Below, piece after piece: positions 20,001-29,500 of a stretch of 64,000 bases of DNA. Position 1 is the stretch's first letter. The number at the start of each line of letters is the position of its first letter. Under the pieces are notes generated by a model, which saw only the letters and a program-made list of their open reading frames with translations, did not search any database and had not been told where the DNA came from. The stretch is taken from contig JADFXX010000008.1 of the NCBI GenBank assembly GCA_015233335.1, forward strand, positions 11,798 through 75,797. Reading direction: 5' to 3'. Made by a program: the position numbers and the translations under genes. The stretch comes from Candidatus Omnitrophota bacterium. GTDB lineage: Bacteria > Omnitrophota > Gorgyraeia > Zapsychrales > Fredricksoniimonadaceae.

Positions 20001-20273
20001 CCTTTATTGCCGTCATGGTTATTTACCACAAAGGCACAAGAAGGGTATCCTGCCCATACTTATGCGTTTAAACTGTTCGCTAAAATACTGGTTGTTTATC
20101 ATAATCCCTTCTTAAAGGACACATTTGGCTCAAAAGCTGCCCGGGCCCAAAAGACCGTATTGACCTATCCGGGCCGCAAGAGTGTTGAAGTAAGCGGTGG
20201 TGTTTTGGAAGAGGCAAGCGCGCTTGATGTGCGTGAAGGCAAGGTAGATCGTATCGATGTTTATTTTTCATGA
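17061..20273 (+). CDS. Large cellobiose-phosphorylase-like (GH94-related) glycoside phosphorylase
   Basis: [43 protein letters not shown] motifs typical of this family. Confidence 0.65.
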   Translation: MNQYYLDNTGAFVIEDYQHAKLFADFFPGVAGLYGIPTWAFYVNRGQAVGSFGIESKDKAILEFQPANKAYRLTSIQGFRTFLKINDGTKQKFYEPFSNSVLSPFKVRQRMLITSHDLTIEEINTTLGLKVVINYFTMPEEPFAALVRRVSIENTGRKKLDIQCVDGLPAINPYGLKDWLGKHLGRTVEAWVAVRNIQNKAPYYQFKVEVADTPQVTPICEGNFYFAFDSDSRSLLDMIVEASCVFGYASDFSAPENFLREKDFSLPKHQETTNRTPSAMSFSRFVLCGQKKHDITAIAGFAHDLAELKKVVVKSKNKSYIEDKARRNRQIIDEIKGYCSTHSSSNEFDQYCGQNFLDNILRGGLPISLQTAEGPVSFNVYSRKHGDLERDYNFFMLAATYLSQGNGNYRDVNQNRRNDIWFNPDVKDSSLVNFLNLIQADGYNPLVVKGAIFVVKDDAAIEEICHEFDVLEDADKLKETLKKGYMPGELLKFVTREIAIKGKPDDFLTKVLGVSAKHESADPGEGFWSDHWTYNLDLIESYLGLYPEKLKELVLEKRIFNFFLNDFYVLPREARLVLTPAGVRQYHSLSEHDKEVKAKAKGYKLRGDDGQGEVYTTSLLVKLICILANKAASLDPSGIGIEMEANKPNWYDALNGLPGLLGSSISETFEVKRLAVFVKKSLEQLRLDDHVTVLVFEELVDFIQALTHVLSSESEPLKYWQKSNDLKEHYRHAVRYGIRGQEKFLTIPEIKKFLDGIIEKCDTGITQARYDNGLFATYFYHEVIEYDLLDRSHHGHHHVRAKAFKRHDLPLFLEGFVHALRTQTNSENASILYKAVKSSPVYDRALKMYKVNTDLSKESDEIGRTRIFPSGWLENESVWLHMEYKYFLELLRHGLPKEFFAEIKGSLVPFLDPAMYGRSILQNSSFIASSAHEDKNLHGQGFVARLSGSTAEFLHIWLIMNMGVRPFTLDAQGRLTLSFNPLLPSWLFTTKAQEGYPAHTYAFKLFAKILVVYHNPFLKDTFGSKAARAQKTVLTYPGRKSVEVSGGVLEEASALDVREGKVDRIDVYFS

Positions 20274-20803
20274 AAGGATCTAATATGAATAAACCTTTGG
20301 TCGGTATTATTATGGGTAGCCAGTCAGATTTAAAGCTTATGAATGATGCCGCACAAACACTGGAGGAATTTGGCATTGCCTATGAGGTAACGATCATTTC
20401 CGCGCATCGCGCTCCTAAGCTTACCTTTAATTATGCCTCAAAGGCAGCTTCGCGCGGTTTAAAGGTTATTATTGCCGCGGCCGGAGGGGCCGCCCATCTG
20501 CCGGGTGTTATAGCTGCTGTGACGACCCTTCCTGTCATCGGAGTACCGGTCAAATCATCTAATTCGATTGAAGGGCTTGATTCATTGTTGTCTATTGTAC
20601 AGATGCCCGAAGGTGTGCCGGTTGCGACAGTGGCAGTCAATGGCGCAAGGAATGCCGCTATTTTGGCGGCGCAGATCATTTCGACTTTCGATCGAAGTGT
20701 CGCTGTTAAAATTAAAACTCATAAGGACCGTTTAAAGAAAAAAGTCCAAGTCACAGCCCGGAAAATAGCCCGTCACGGCCATCGTTCCCTGCTTGGTTTA
20801 TAA
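20270..20803 (+). CDS. purE: N5-CAIR mutase
   Basis: [31 protein letters not shown]. Confidence 0.95.
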   Translation: MKGSNMNKPLVGIIMGSQSDLKLMNDAAQTLEEFGIAYEVTIISAHRAPKLTFNYASKAASRGLKVIIAAAGGAAHLPGVIAAVTTLPVIGVPVKSSNSIEGLDSLLSIVQMPEGVPVATVAVNGARNAAILAAQIISTFDRSVAVKIKTHKDRLKKKVQVTARKIARHGHRSLLGL

Positions 20804-20909
20804 AGGCCCTTTTAATTAAAACCCTCTTGCATTCCTTTTTCATTTTTTTATAATATATTTTACTTCGTTTTTCTCTATTCATTTGTTAACTAATTCTTAA
20901 AGGAGGTTC

Positions 20910-21908
20910 TTGATGACAACCACCGGAGTCAGTGTCATTAATGATAAGGTTAAGAGGGAATCTGGTGTGATCGATGCGATCCGTTTTGAGACCTCTAAAG
21001 TTGTTGTTGGCCAGAACGTTTTGATCGACCGCCTGCTGATCGGCATATTGGCCAACGGTCATGTTTTGGTGGAGGGGGTTCCGGGGCTGGCCAAAACAAC
21101 CGCGGTCAAGACCTTGGCCCAGACGATACAGGCCAAGTTCCAGCGTCTGCAATTTACTCCTGATATGCTTCCGGCAGATCTTACCGGTACTCTCATTTAT
21201 GATCAGCGCACAGGAAGTTTTAATGTCAAAAAAGGTCCCTTATTCGCTAATATTATCCTGGCGGATGAGATCAACCGTGCGCCTGCCAAGGTGCAAAGCG
21301 CGCTTCTTGAGGCCATGCAGGAGCGGCAGGTGACGATCGGTGAAAATACTTTAAAATTGGATGATCCGTTTCTGGTACTGGCGACCCAAAACCCAATCGA
21401 GCAAGAGGGGACTTATCCTTTACCTGAAGCGCAGGTGGACCGTTTTATGCTTAAGGTCAAGATCACCTATCCTTCCAAAGACGAAGAGTTAAAGATCCTT
21501 AAGCGCATGGCCACGACGCGCCAGTCGATTCAGGTGCAGGCTGTCGCAACACCGGCGGATATTATCCGCCTGCGTTCGGTGGTAGATGAAATTTATATGG
21601 ATGAAAAGATCGAAGATTATATCGTTGGGATCGTTGAGGCGACGCGTGACCCCCATCGTTATAAACTAAGCGACCTTAAAGGATTAATTTTGTATGGGGC
21701 AAGTCCCCGGGCCACGATTAATCTGGCCTTGGCCGCCCGCGCGCATGCTTTTATTCAAGGCCGCGGATTCGTGACCCCGCAGGACGTCAAGAGTATCGGA
21801 ATGGATGTCCTGCGTCATCGCGTCATTCCAAGCTATGAAGCCGAGGCCGAAGGAAAAACCTCGGAAGACTTAGTTAAGCGTATTCTAGACGAAGTCGAAG
21901 TGCCGTAA
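20910..21908 (+). CDS. moxR: MoxR-family AAA+ ATPase
   Basis: EGVPGLAKT, FTPDMLPAD, DEINRAPAKVQSALLEAM. Confidence 0.93.
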   Translation: MMTTTGVSVINDKVKRESGVIDAIRFETSKVVVGQNVLIDRLLIGILANGHVLVEGVPGLAKTTAVKTLAQTIQAKFQRLQFTPDMLPADLTGTLIYDQRTGSFNVKKGPLFANIILADEINRAPAKVQSALLEAMQERQVTIGENTLKLDDPFLVLATQNPIEQEGTYPLPEAQVDRFMLKVKITYPSKDEELKILKRMATTRQSIQVQAVATPADIIRLRSVVDEIYMDEKIEDYIVGIVEATRDPHRYKLSDLKGLILYGASPRATINLALAARAHAFIQGRGFVTPQDVKSIGMDVLRHRVIPSYEAEAEGKTSEDLVKRILDEVEVP

Positions 21909-21909
21909 A

Positions 21910-22806
21910 ATGATACCAAAAGACATTCTTGAAAAAATCCTTCGTATTGATATTACGACCAACCGTCTGGTGACGGATGTGTTTGCCGGGGCGTATCACA
22001 GTGTTTTTAAGGGGCGGGGGATGGAGTTTGATGAGGTGCGCGAGTACCAGCCCGGTGATGATATCCGCTCGATCGACTGGAATGTGACGGCCCGCACGGG
22101 TCAGGCCCATATCAAGAAATATGTGGAAGAGCGGGAATTGACCGTGATGATTTTGGTAGACGCATCGGCGTCGGTGCATTTTGCCTCAACCGGACAGATG
22201 AAGAATAAGCTGGCCGCAGAGATCGCCGCAGTGCTGGCTTTTGCCGCCATTCGCAATAATGATAAAGTCGGGCTTTTGATGTTCACGGATGGCCCGGAGC
22301 TTTTTATCCCCCCTAAAAAGGGAAAAAGTCATGTGCTTAGGGTCATTCGGGAGATTTTGTATTTTAAGCCAAAGGCCAAGGCCACCCATCTGCCCAAGGT
22401 GCTTGAATATCTCTTAAAAGTTCTTCGTCGAAGATCAACGGTTTTTGTCATTTCTGATTTTTTGGATCCCAATTCTGATTATTCAACAATGCGCAAAGCT
22501 TTGCGCATCGCCCATCAGCATCATGACCTGATCGCGGTGACCTTGACTGACCCCAGAGAAATGGACCTGCCGGATTGTTCATTAATAGAACTGACAGATG
22601 CGGAAACAGGCGCCAAAATGCTTGTCGATACGTCGTATGAACCGGTACGCCGCCAATATCATAACAAGGCCTTGGAGCAGATCAAGGCCCGCAGCCGTTT
22701 ATTTGATACGATCGGCATGGACCATATTGATATTTCAACCGATGTGCCTTATAAGAAAGCTTTAGTAAGTTTTTTTGCCCAAAGGCGACATCGCTTGGCA
22801 AGGTGA
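21910..22806 (+). CDS. DUF58 vWA-associated protein
   Basis: GMEFDEVREYQPGDDIRSIDWNVTAR. Confidence 0.9.
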   Translation: MIPKDILEKILRIDITTNRLVTDVFAGAYHSVFKGRGMEFDEVREYQPGDDIRSIDWNVTARTGQAHIKKYVEERELTVMILVDASASVHFASTGQMKNKLAAEIAAVLAFAAIRNNDKVGLLMFTDGPELFIPPKKGKSHVLRVIREILYFKPKAKATHLPKVLEYLLKVLRRRSTVFVISDFLDPNSDYSTMRKALRIAHQHHDLIAVTLTDPREMDLPDCSLIELTDAETGAKMLVDTSYEPVRRQYHNKALEQIKARSRLFDTIGMDHIDISTDVPYKKALVSFFAQRRHRLAR

Positions 22807-22814
22807 ATGTAAGG

Positions 22815-22910
22815 CATCATTGCGAGACCTGTTGAATGTGTCATTGCGAGGAGCCGAAGGCGACGTGGCAATCTTTCTAAAAGATTGCTTCGCTTCGCTC
22901 GCAATGACAC
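22815..22910. repeat. Family-A palindromic repeat, complete doublet (intergenic) plus a truncated upstream unit
   Basis: GTGTCATTGCGAG-GAGCCGAAGGCGACGTG-GCAATCTTT-CTA-AAAGATTGC-TTCGCTTCG-CTCGCAATGACAC at 22838-22910. Confidence 0.9.
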
Positions 22911-22942
22911 GATGATAAGTTTTGGATTAACATATAAAGTGG

Positions 22943-23482
22943 ATGAATATGAACGATATTAGAGATGTAAAACCTCCTCTTGACCTGCCTGACCTATGGT
23001 GGCTGTGGCTGTTGGCCTTGCTCATTGCGGCCGGAACCGGTATTTATTTCTTCCTTCGCCGTAAAAAATTGCCAAAGGCATCCCTCAAGCCGCAAGCTCC
23101 TGAATTATCAGCTTGGGAAAAAGCCTATAGTCAACTGGAAGCTTTGCGTCAAGACAACTTACTGGACCGCGGTCTTTTTAAAGAGTTTTTTACAAGGGTA
23201 GCGGATATTGCCCGTTATTATATGGAAAACCGGTTCAATATCCGTGCCCCGCATATGTCCAGCGAAGAGTTTTTGTTGTATCTGGGCAAGAGCGGCCATT
23301 TGAATGAAGATCAAAAGGCCTTATTGAAAGATTTTTTAAATTCCTGCGATATGGTTAAATTTGCCAAATACGCCCCGACCATTGCCGAGGCTTGGAAGAA
23401 TTTTGACTGCGCCCGGAAGCTAATCGACGAAACTAAACCTAACGCCGTCCAAGGAACAGAGAATGTTGATGCCCGAGTTTAA
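22943..23482 (+). CDS. Bat-operon membrane protein (DUF4381-like)
   Basis: IRDVKPP, TM segment, DMVKFAKY. Confidence 0.75.
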   Translation: MNMNDIRDVKPPLDLPDLWWLWLLALLIAAGTGIYFFLRRKKLPKASLKPQAPELSAWEKAYSQLEALRQDNLLDRGLFKEFFTRVADIARYYMENRFNIRAPHMSSEEFLLYLGKSGHLNEDQKALLKDFLNSCDMVKFAKYAPTIAEAWKNFDCARKLIDETKPNAVQGTENVDARV

Positions 23483-24467
23483 AACTCCGTTAGTTCTGCT
23501 GTTAATTCCTGTATTGCTGGCTATCGTGTATTTTGACCACAAACGAAGACAGAGCTCCTCGTTTCGATTTTCTTCGCTGTCTTTGATAGGCCAACTGGAA
23601 TCAACATGGCGCCTGCGTTGGAGCTTTGTACCGTTTCTCTTAAGGGTTTTGGTTTTAGTGTTATTATTAGTGGCATTAGCAGGCCCCCGAAAGCTTTTGG
23701 CAGTCTCTAAGTTAAATACCGAAGGCATTGATATAGTTCTCGCGCTGGATGTGTCCGGCAGCATGTCCGCTGAAGATTATGTGGTCAACGGACAGCGGAT
23801 CAGCCGGCTGGGTATTATTAAAAAAACAGTTGAGGATTTTATAGAGCAGCGCAAAACCGACCGTTTGGGATTGATCGTTTTTGGTTCACAGGCCTATACG
23901 GTGTGCCCTTTGACTCATGATCACGATTGGCTATTGGAAAATCTTCGTCAGGTGCGTTTGGGGGTCATTCAGGACAGTACCGCCATAGGCTCAGGGATCG
24001 CCACGTCATTGCTGCGATTGAAAAATAGCAAAGCTAAATCAAGGGTCATTGTTTTATTGACCGATGGGGTCAACAATTCCGGAAAGATCCTGCCGTTGGA
24101 TGCCGCTAAAATGGCCCAGGCTTTGGGGATCAAGATCTATACGATCGCTGCCGGCACCAAGGGCATCGTTCCGGTTCCGGTGACGGATGCTTTTGGCAAT
24201 CACTATTATGAGAACGCGCAGTTCGATCTGGATGAAGACAGCCTCAAGAAAATAGCGGATATGACCGGCGGTCAGTATTTTAGGGCGGCTGATACTGATT
24301 CGCTGCGTCAGATCTATCATCAGATCGATATGCTCGAAAAGACTAAGAGCGAGGAAAAAGGCTATAAGCTCTATGAGCCCACGTTCGGTTTTTTTGTGAT
24401 TGCGGCCCTGCTTTTATTGGCCTTGGAAATCATTTTAACCAATAGTTTGTTTTTGAAGATACCATGA
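23463..24467 (+). CDS. batA: vWA protein BatA
   Basis: MIDAS DVSGS, TAIG, LLTDG; N- and C-terminal TM segments. Confidence 0.85.
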   Translation: MLMPEFKTPLVLLLIPVLLAIVYFDHKRRQSSSFRFSSLSLIGQLESTWRLRWSFVPFLLRVLVLVLLLVALAGPRKLLAVSKLNTEGIDIVLALDVSGSMSAEDYVVNGQRISRLGIIKKTVEDFIEQRKTDRLGLIVFGSQAYTVCPLTHDHDWLLENLRQVRLGVIQDSTAIGSGIATSLLRLKNSKAKSRVIVLLTDGVNNSGKILPLDAAKMAQALGIKIYTIAAGTKGIVPVPVTDAFGNHYYENAQFDLDEDSLKKIADMTGGQYFRAADTDSLRQIYHQIDMLEKTKSEEKGYKLYEPTFGFFVIAALLLLALEIILTNSLFLKIP

Positions 24468-25477
24468 ACTTTGCCAACCCCCAAGCTTGGGTATTATTGT
24501 GGCTATTGCCTTTGATCGCTCTAGCCCTGCATTTGTTTTATCAATACCGTCATCAGATGATGTCGCGTTTTATTCAAACTCATTTGCTTGATGAATTAGC
24601 TGAAGGTTTTAGTTTAAAGCGCTTACGACTCAAAGCCGTATTCCTGATGGCAGCTTTTGTATTGATGGTCGCGGCATTAAGCCGGCCCCAATGGGGATAT
24701 CATATGCGTGAAGTCAAACGTAATGGTTTAGATATTATGATAACGGTCGATGTGTCTAAAAGCATGCTGACACAGGATGTTAAGCCGTCCCGGCTTGAGA
24801 GAACCAAGCTTGCTGTCAAGGACTTGATCATGAAATTGGATGGTTCGGACCATATAGGTTTGATCGCTTTTGCGGGTGACGCGATGGTGATGTGTCCTTT
24901 AACGTATGATTATAACGGTTTTTTATTAAGCCTTGATGACCTAAGCGTTGATTCTATTCCCCGTGCCGGCACAAATCTTTCTGGGGCCATTGATGAAAGT
25001 GTTAAGGCGTATGAAGGAAGGGTTGATTCTGATAAGGCGGTGATTTTAGTGACAGATGGAGAAGAAGAAGAGGGCAATGCCTTGAATGCCGCCCGCAAGG
25101 CCCATGACAAGGGTGTGCGCATATATACAGTGGGGGTCGGCACGCAGGAAGGGGATTTGATCCAGGTGACCAATGCTGACGGACAGACAGAATTCCTCAA
25201 AGATTCTGACGGCAATGTGGTCAAGTCCCATTTAAATGAAAATTTATTACAGCAGATCGCCTATATCACAGGTGGTGCGTATGTCCGAAGTGCGGGGGCA
25301 GAATTTGGGCTGGATTATTTATATGAACGCCAATTATCAAAACTAAAGAAGCACGATATGCAGGAAAAAATGGCCAAGCTTTATGATGAGCGTTTTCAGT
25401 GGCCTTTAACTTTGGCATTTGTATTTTTATTAGCAGAAACTTTGATTTCAACTAGGAGAAGAAATGTCTTGCGGTAA
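24464..25477 (+). CDS. batB: vWA protein BatB
   Basis: RPQWG, DVSKSM, PSRL, TDGE. Confidence 0.85.
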   Translation: MNFANPQAWVLLWLLPLIALALHLFYQYRHQMMSRFIQTHLLDELAEGFSLKRLRLKAVFLMAAFVLMVAALSRPQWGYHMREVKRNGLDIMITVDVSKSMLTQDVKPSRLERTKLAVKDLIMKLDGSDHIGLIAFAGDAMVMCPLTYDYNGFLLSLDDLSVDSIPRAGTNLSGAIDESVKAYEGRVDSDKAVILVTDGEEEEGNALNAARKAHDKGVRIYTVGVGTQEGDLIQVTNADGQTEFLKDSDGNVVKSHLNENLLQQIAYITGGAYVRSAGAEFGLDYLYERQLSKLKKHDMQEKMAKLYDERFQWPLTLAFVFLLAETLISTRRRNVLR

Positions 25478-26567
25478 AAGGGAATGGAAGAATATAGTTT
25501 TTCACGGCCGGCGCATGACCCCCATCCCCACAAGCTCGGCGCTTCGGGGGTATAGTTATAAGCACCCCCTGTGCGCCTGTGGGGTAGCTGGCCTTAGAAA
25601 AACTATATTCTTCCATTCCCTTTTAGCTACATTCATGATGCTTCCTTTTTTGGCTTGGGCTTCAGTTGAAGGTGATGTCAACAAAGCCAATGATCTTTAC
25701 AAGCAAGGCAAGTTTGATGACTCTTTAAAATTTTATCAAGAGGCCCTGGACCATGATGCAAAGTCGCCTGTTATTCCGTATGATTTGGGCACGGCCTTAT
25801 ACAAAAAAGGTGACTATGTGAAAGCCCGTGAATATTTACAAAAAGCCGCAGATGATAAAAGCTTGAAAGTGAAAACTCAAGCGGAATATAATTTAGGTAA
25901 TGTTCTTTACAAAACAGGAATACAAAAAGAGAATACTAATGTAGATGAAGCGATTTCGAATTTAGAGGACGCTTTGGGGCATTATGGACAGGCTTTAGCG
26001 CAAGAGCCTCAAGATCAGGACGCTAAATCTAATGAAGATTTCGTTAAAAAAGAGATCGAGCGTTTAAAGAAGAAAAAGCAAGAACAGCAGAAACAGAACC
26101 AACAACAGCAAAAACAGAACAAACAACAGCAACAAGATCAAAAACAGCAACAGCAAGATCAGCAGAAGCAGCCCCAGCAAAAGCAAGATCAAAAGAACCA
26201 AGAGAAGGACCAACAAAAGCAAGACCAGAAGCAACAAGAGAAGGACCAGCAAAAACAAAACGATCAGCAGAACCAACAAAGCCAACAAGATCAACAGAAA
26301 CAACAAGATCAACAGAAACAACAAGATCAACAGAAACAACAAGATCAACAAAACCAACAAGATCAGCAAAAACAACAAGATCAGCAGAAGCAACAGGACC
26401 AGCAAAAACAGCAGGACCAGCAGAATCAGCAGGAGAGTCAAAAAGACCTTGATCGTAAAGAAGCCCAAGATCTTTTAAAAGAATACCAGGACAATGAAGA
26501 GCCTAAAAAGCTTTTAAATTTTGCGCCAAAAAAAATAGACGACCGCCCTGTGCTTAAGGATTGGTAA
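25464..26567 (+). CDS. batC: TPR protein BatC with Q-rich linker
   Basis: TPR repeats, Q-rich tract and C-terminal KDW typical of BatC. Confidence 0.8.
   Translation: MSCGKREWKNIVFHGRRMTPIPTSSALRGYSYKHPLCACGVAGLRKTIFFHSLLATFMMLPFLAWASVEGDVNKANDLYKQGKFDDSLKFYQEALDHDAKSPVIPYDLGTALYKKGDYVKAREYLQKAADDKSLKVKTQAEYNLGNVLYKTGIQKENTNVDEAISNLEDALGHYGQALAQEPQDQDAKSNEDFVKKEIERLKKKKQEQQKQNQQQQKQNKQQQQDQKQQQQDQQKQPQQKQDQKNQEKDQQKQDQKQQEKDQQKQNDQQNQQSQQDQQKQQDQQKQQDQQKQQDQQNQQDQQKQQDQQKQQDQQKQQDQQNQQESQKDLDRKEAQDLLKEYQDNEEPKKLLNFAPKKIDDRPVLKDW
25475..25625. mobile_element. 151-bp MITE-like hairpin inside the batC 5' end
   Basis: 29-bp perfect inverted arms (25475-25503 / 25597-25625) with nested GC-rich stems. 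Confidence 0.75.
26283..26430 (+). repeat. 18-bp tandem repeat encoding QQDQQK
   Basis: CAACAAGATCAACAGAAA three times perfect, then degenerate copies. Confidence 0.85.
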
Positions 26568-26568
26568 T

Positions 26569-29500
26569 ATGCAAGTGTCATTGCGAGCTCTCGTACCAGT
26601 GTCATTGCGAGCGAAGCGAAGCAATCTTTTCCTTTGTCTTTTGATGCTTCTGTCTTCAACCGGCACCTTAAAAGCTGACACTGTCAGCTTTGAGGCGAGT
26701 GTCAATTCTTCCAGAATTTCTTTAAGCGAAGTCCTGCAGTTGAACTTGACCGTGACCGGACTTAAGGACAATATTGACCCCATCAGCCTTCCTGTTCTTG
26801 ACGGTTTTTCAGCCAAATATCTTGGACCTTCGACCCGGGTGTCGATCGTGAATGGTGATTATCACAGCGAACGGTCTTTTGTTTATGACCTGTTTCCCAA
26901 CAAAGTAGGCCATTTCCAAATTCCGCCTATCAGCGCCACCATTGCAGGGCAGACCTATGTGACCAAACCTATTGATATTGAGGTCGTCGCGGACTCCGCT
27001 GGGGCTCAGGCACCTGCACCCCAACAAGCCCAAGATCAAGCCCCCAGCATCCAGAGCCTAAAAGACAAGATTTTGATCCTAGTTTCTTTAGAGAAAGAAG
27101 AAGTTTATTTGAATGAGCGTGTGCCGTTGAGCGTCAAACTTCTTGTTAACGATGTGCCCATACGGGACATTCAATTCCCTCAATTTGACAAGCAAGGCTT
27201 TGCGGTTGATGATTTTCAAAAGCCTCAGCAATATTCGCAGGTGCTCAACGGGGTCAAATATGATGCAGTGGAATTTAAGTCATATATTTATCCTACCCAT
27301 TTAGGGGATGTTCCCATCGGGCCTTTTCAAATTGCCGGTAATGTTGTTTATAAAAACGGCAATAACAATCCTTTTAATCAGGACATGAATCCTTTCGGAG
27401 GCGGTCTTTTTAAAGATTTTTTTGATTCCTATGCCACCCGTCCTGTGACCGTGACTTCCCGGCCGTTACCTATGCATGTTAGGGCCTTGCCGCAGGAAGG
27501 CCGTCCGCGGGATTTTTCCGGGGCTGTCGGCCAGTTTGATTTTCAGGCGAGTGTTTCTCCGTTACAGGTCAAGGCCGGAGATCCGATAACCTTAAAGATG
27601 TCTCTCAAAGGCAACGGCAATTTTAAGAGTGTGACAATGCCTGTCTTTCAAGGCGCTGGCTTTAAAACGTATGAGCCTAAGATAAAGGACCAAGCAGATG
27701 AAAAAACAGCAGAGGAAGTGATCATTCCCACCTCAGCCCAAGTCACCCAAGTGCCTGCCTTGCATTTTTCTTATTTTGATACATCCCTTAAAGATTACAA
27801 AACGATCACTCAGGGTCCTTTTGCCATTCAAGTCATGCCTAACGCTCCTGATGAAGGGTTTAAAGCAGTTGGTTTTTCTGATGTCAGCCGGGAGCCGGCA
27901 ACCTTGCATATAGACCAGTTTTCTTTTGGGAAAATGTTCCATACGATCCGCAAGGGTTTAAGCAAGCTATGCAAATCAATAGGTTTTTGGCTGACACTAG
28001 GATTGATTATTGTAGGAGGAGGGTCTTATTTTTTGTGGCGGCGTTTTCAGGAACGCCTTGAAAATGATCCCGCGTTTGCCCGCAGGCTTAAGGCCTATAC
28101 GGAAGCTAAACAAACCTTACGTATGGCGCAGGGTTATATTTCGACCGGTAAGTCTAAGGATTTCTACACGCTTTTATCAAGGGCCATCCGCGAATATCTG
28201 GCCAATAAATGGCATCAATCGCCGGCAAGTTTAAGTATTGAGGAAATACTAAAACAGCTTAAATCCGCAGGGATTGATGAAACTCACATCGAAGGGGCAA
28301 AAAATATCCTAACCACAAGTGATCTGGTCTGTTTTGCGGGCGCAAACCGCGATGCCAGCCAGATGCAATCCGACCTTTCTTTGACCCAAAACCTGATCAA
28401 TCATTTGCATATCTCATTGCGAGCCCCGAAGGGGCGAAGCAATCTTTTATCTCTATTTTTCTCCATCAGTCTTCTTTTAACTGCCACCGCTTGGGCAGAT
28501 CTGCCTTGGGTCAAACAGCAGAGTTCAGCGTTTTCCGGTGAGGGGGTCTGGTTCGGTGCCGCGATGTCCGCTGACGGGAGTCGTTTGATACTGTTGGATG
28601 TGTATAATGGTTTGTATATCTCAACTAATGGAGGAGCCAGTTGGAGTCAGTATAATCCCAGTACATATCATTATACATATTGGCGTGCTGTTCCTGCTAT
28701 GTCTAGCGACGGTAGTCATGTGATGGCGGGGAGTTATCAATATCATGGAAGATTATATCTTTCGGTCAATGGTGGTGTGATTTGGAGTGAAACCCGGCCA
28801 GCAGGTGATAATGATCTAAATTGGAGTGTGACTGCCATGTCGGGTGACGCAAGTCATTTGCTGGCTGGAGTAGGTAGTTTGTCAGGACGTTTATATCTAT
28901 CGAGCGATGGGGGAGCTCACTGGGTTGAGATCCAGCCTGATGGGAATAACGATGAAAATTGGAATACGGCCGCCATCTCCAGTGATGGAAGTCATTTGAT
29001 CGTAGGTGAATATAACAATGGCACGACTAATCGGGGACGTTTGTTTTTTTCGAAAGATGGAGGTGCTACTTGGTCTGAAACTCAGCCGGCAGGTGCTACG
29101 GAACAATATTGGAAGTTTGTAACCACTTCCAGTGATGGCAGTCATTTTATGGCTGGAATTAATGGTGGGCAAATATATACCGGTGTTTTGTCCGGTGGGA
29201 TCATCTCATGGACCGGAGGTGTCAGTAGGGGTTGGTATGTTGGCGCCAGTTCCAGTGACGAGAGTTATTTGCTGGCGGGAGTATATGTTGGACGTCTGTA
29301 TTATTCAACCAATGGGACTGCCGGGACTCCGACTTGGACTGAAACTCGACCCGCAGGGGCTAATAATTATGTATGGAATGCAGGATCTATAAGTAGTGAC
29401 GGGACTCATATGATGGCAGGGATTCAGGGGGGCGAGGTGTTTATTTCGACAAATGGGGCAACGAGTTGGAGTGAAACTAAGCCTCAAATAGATCAAAATT

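Noticed and set aside
26064-26468. Poly-Leu ORF on the minus strand
   Set aside because: Antisense shadow of the BatC Q-rich repeat.
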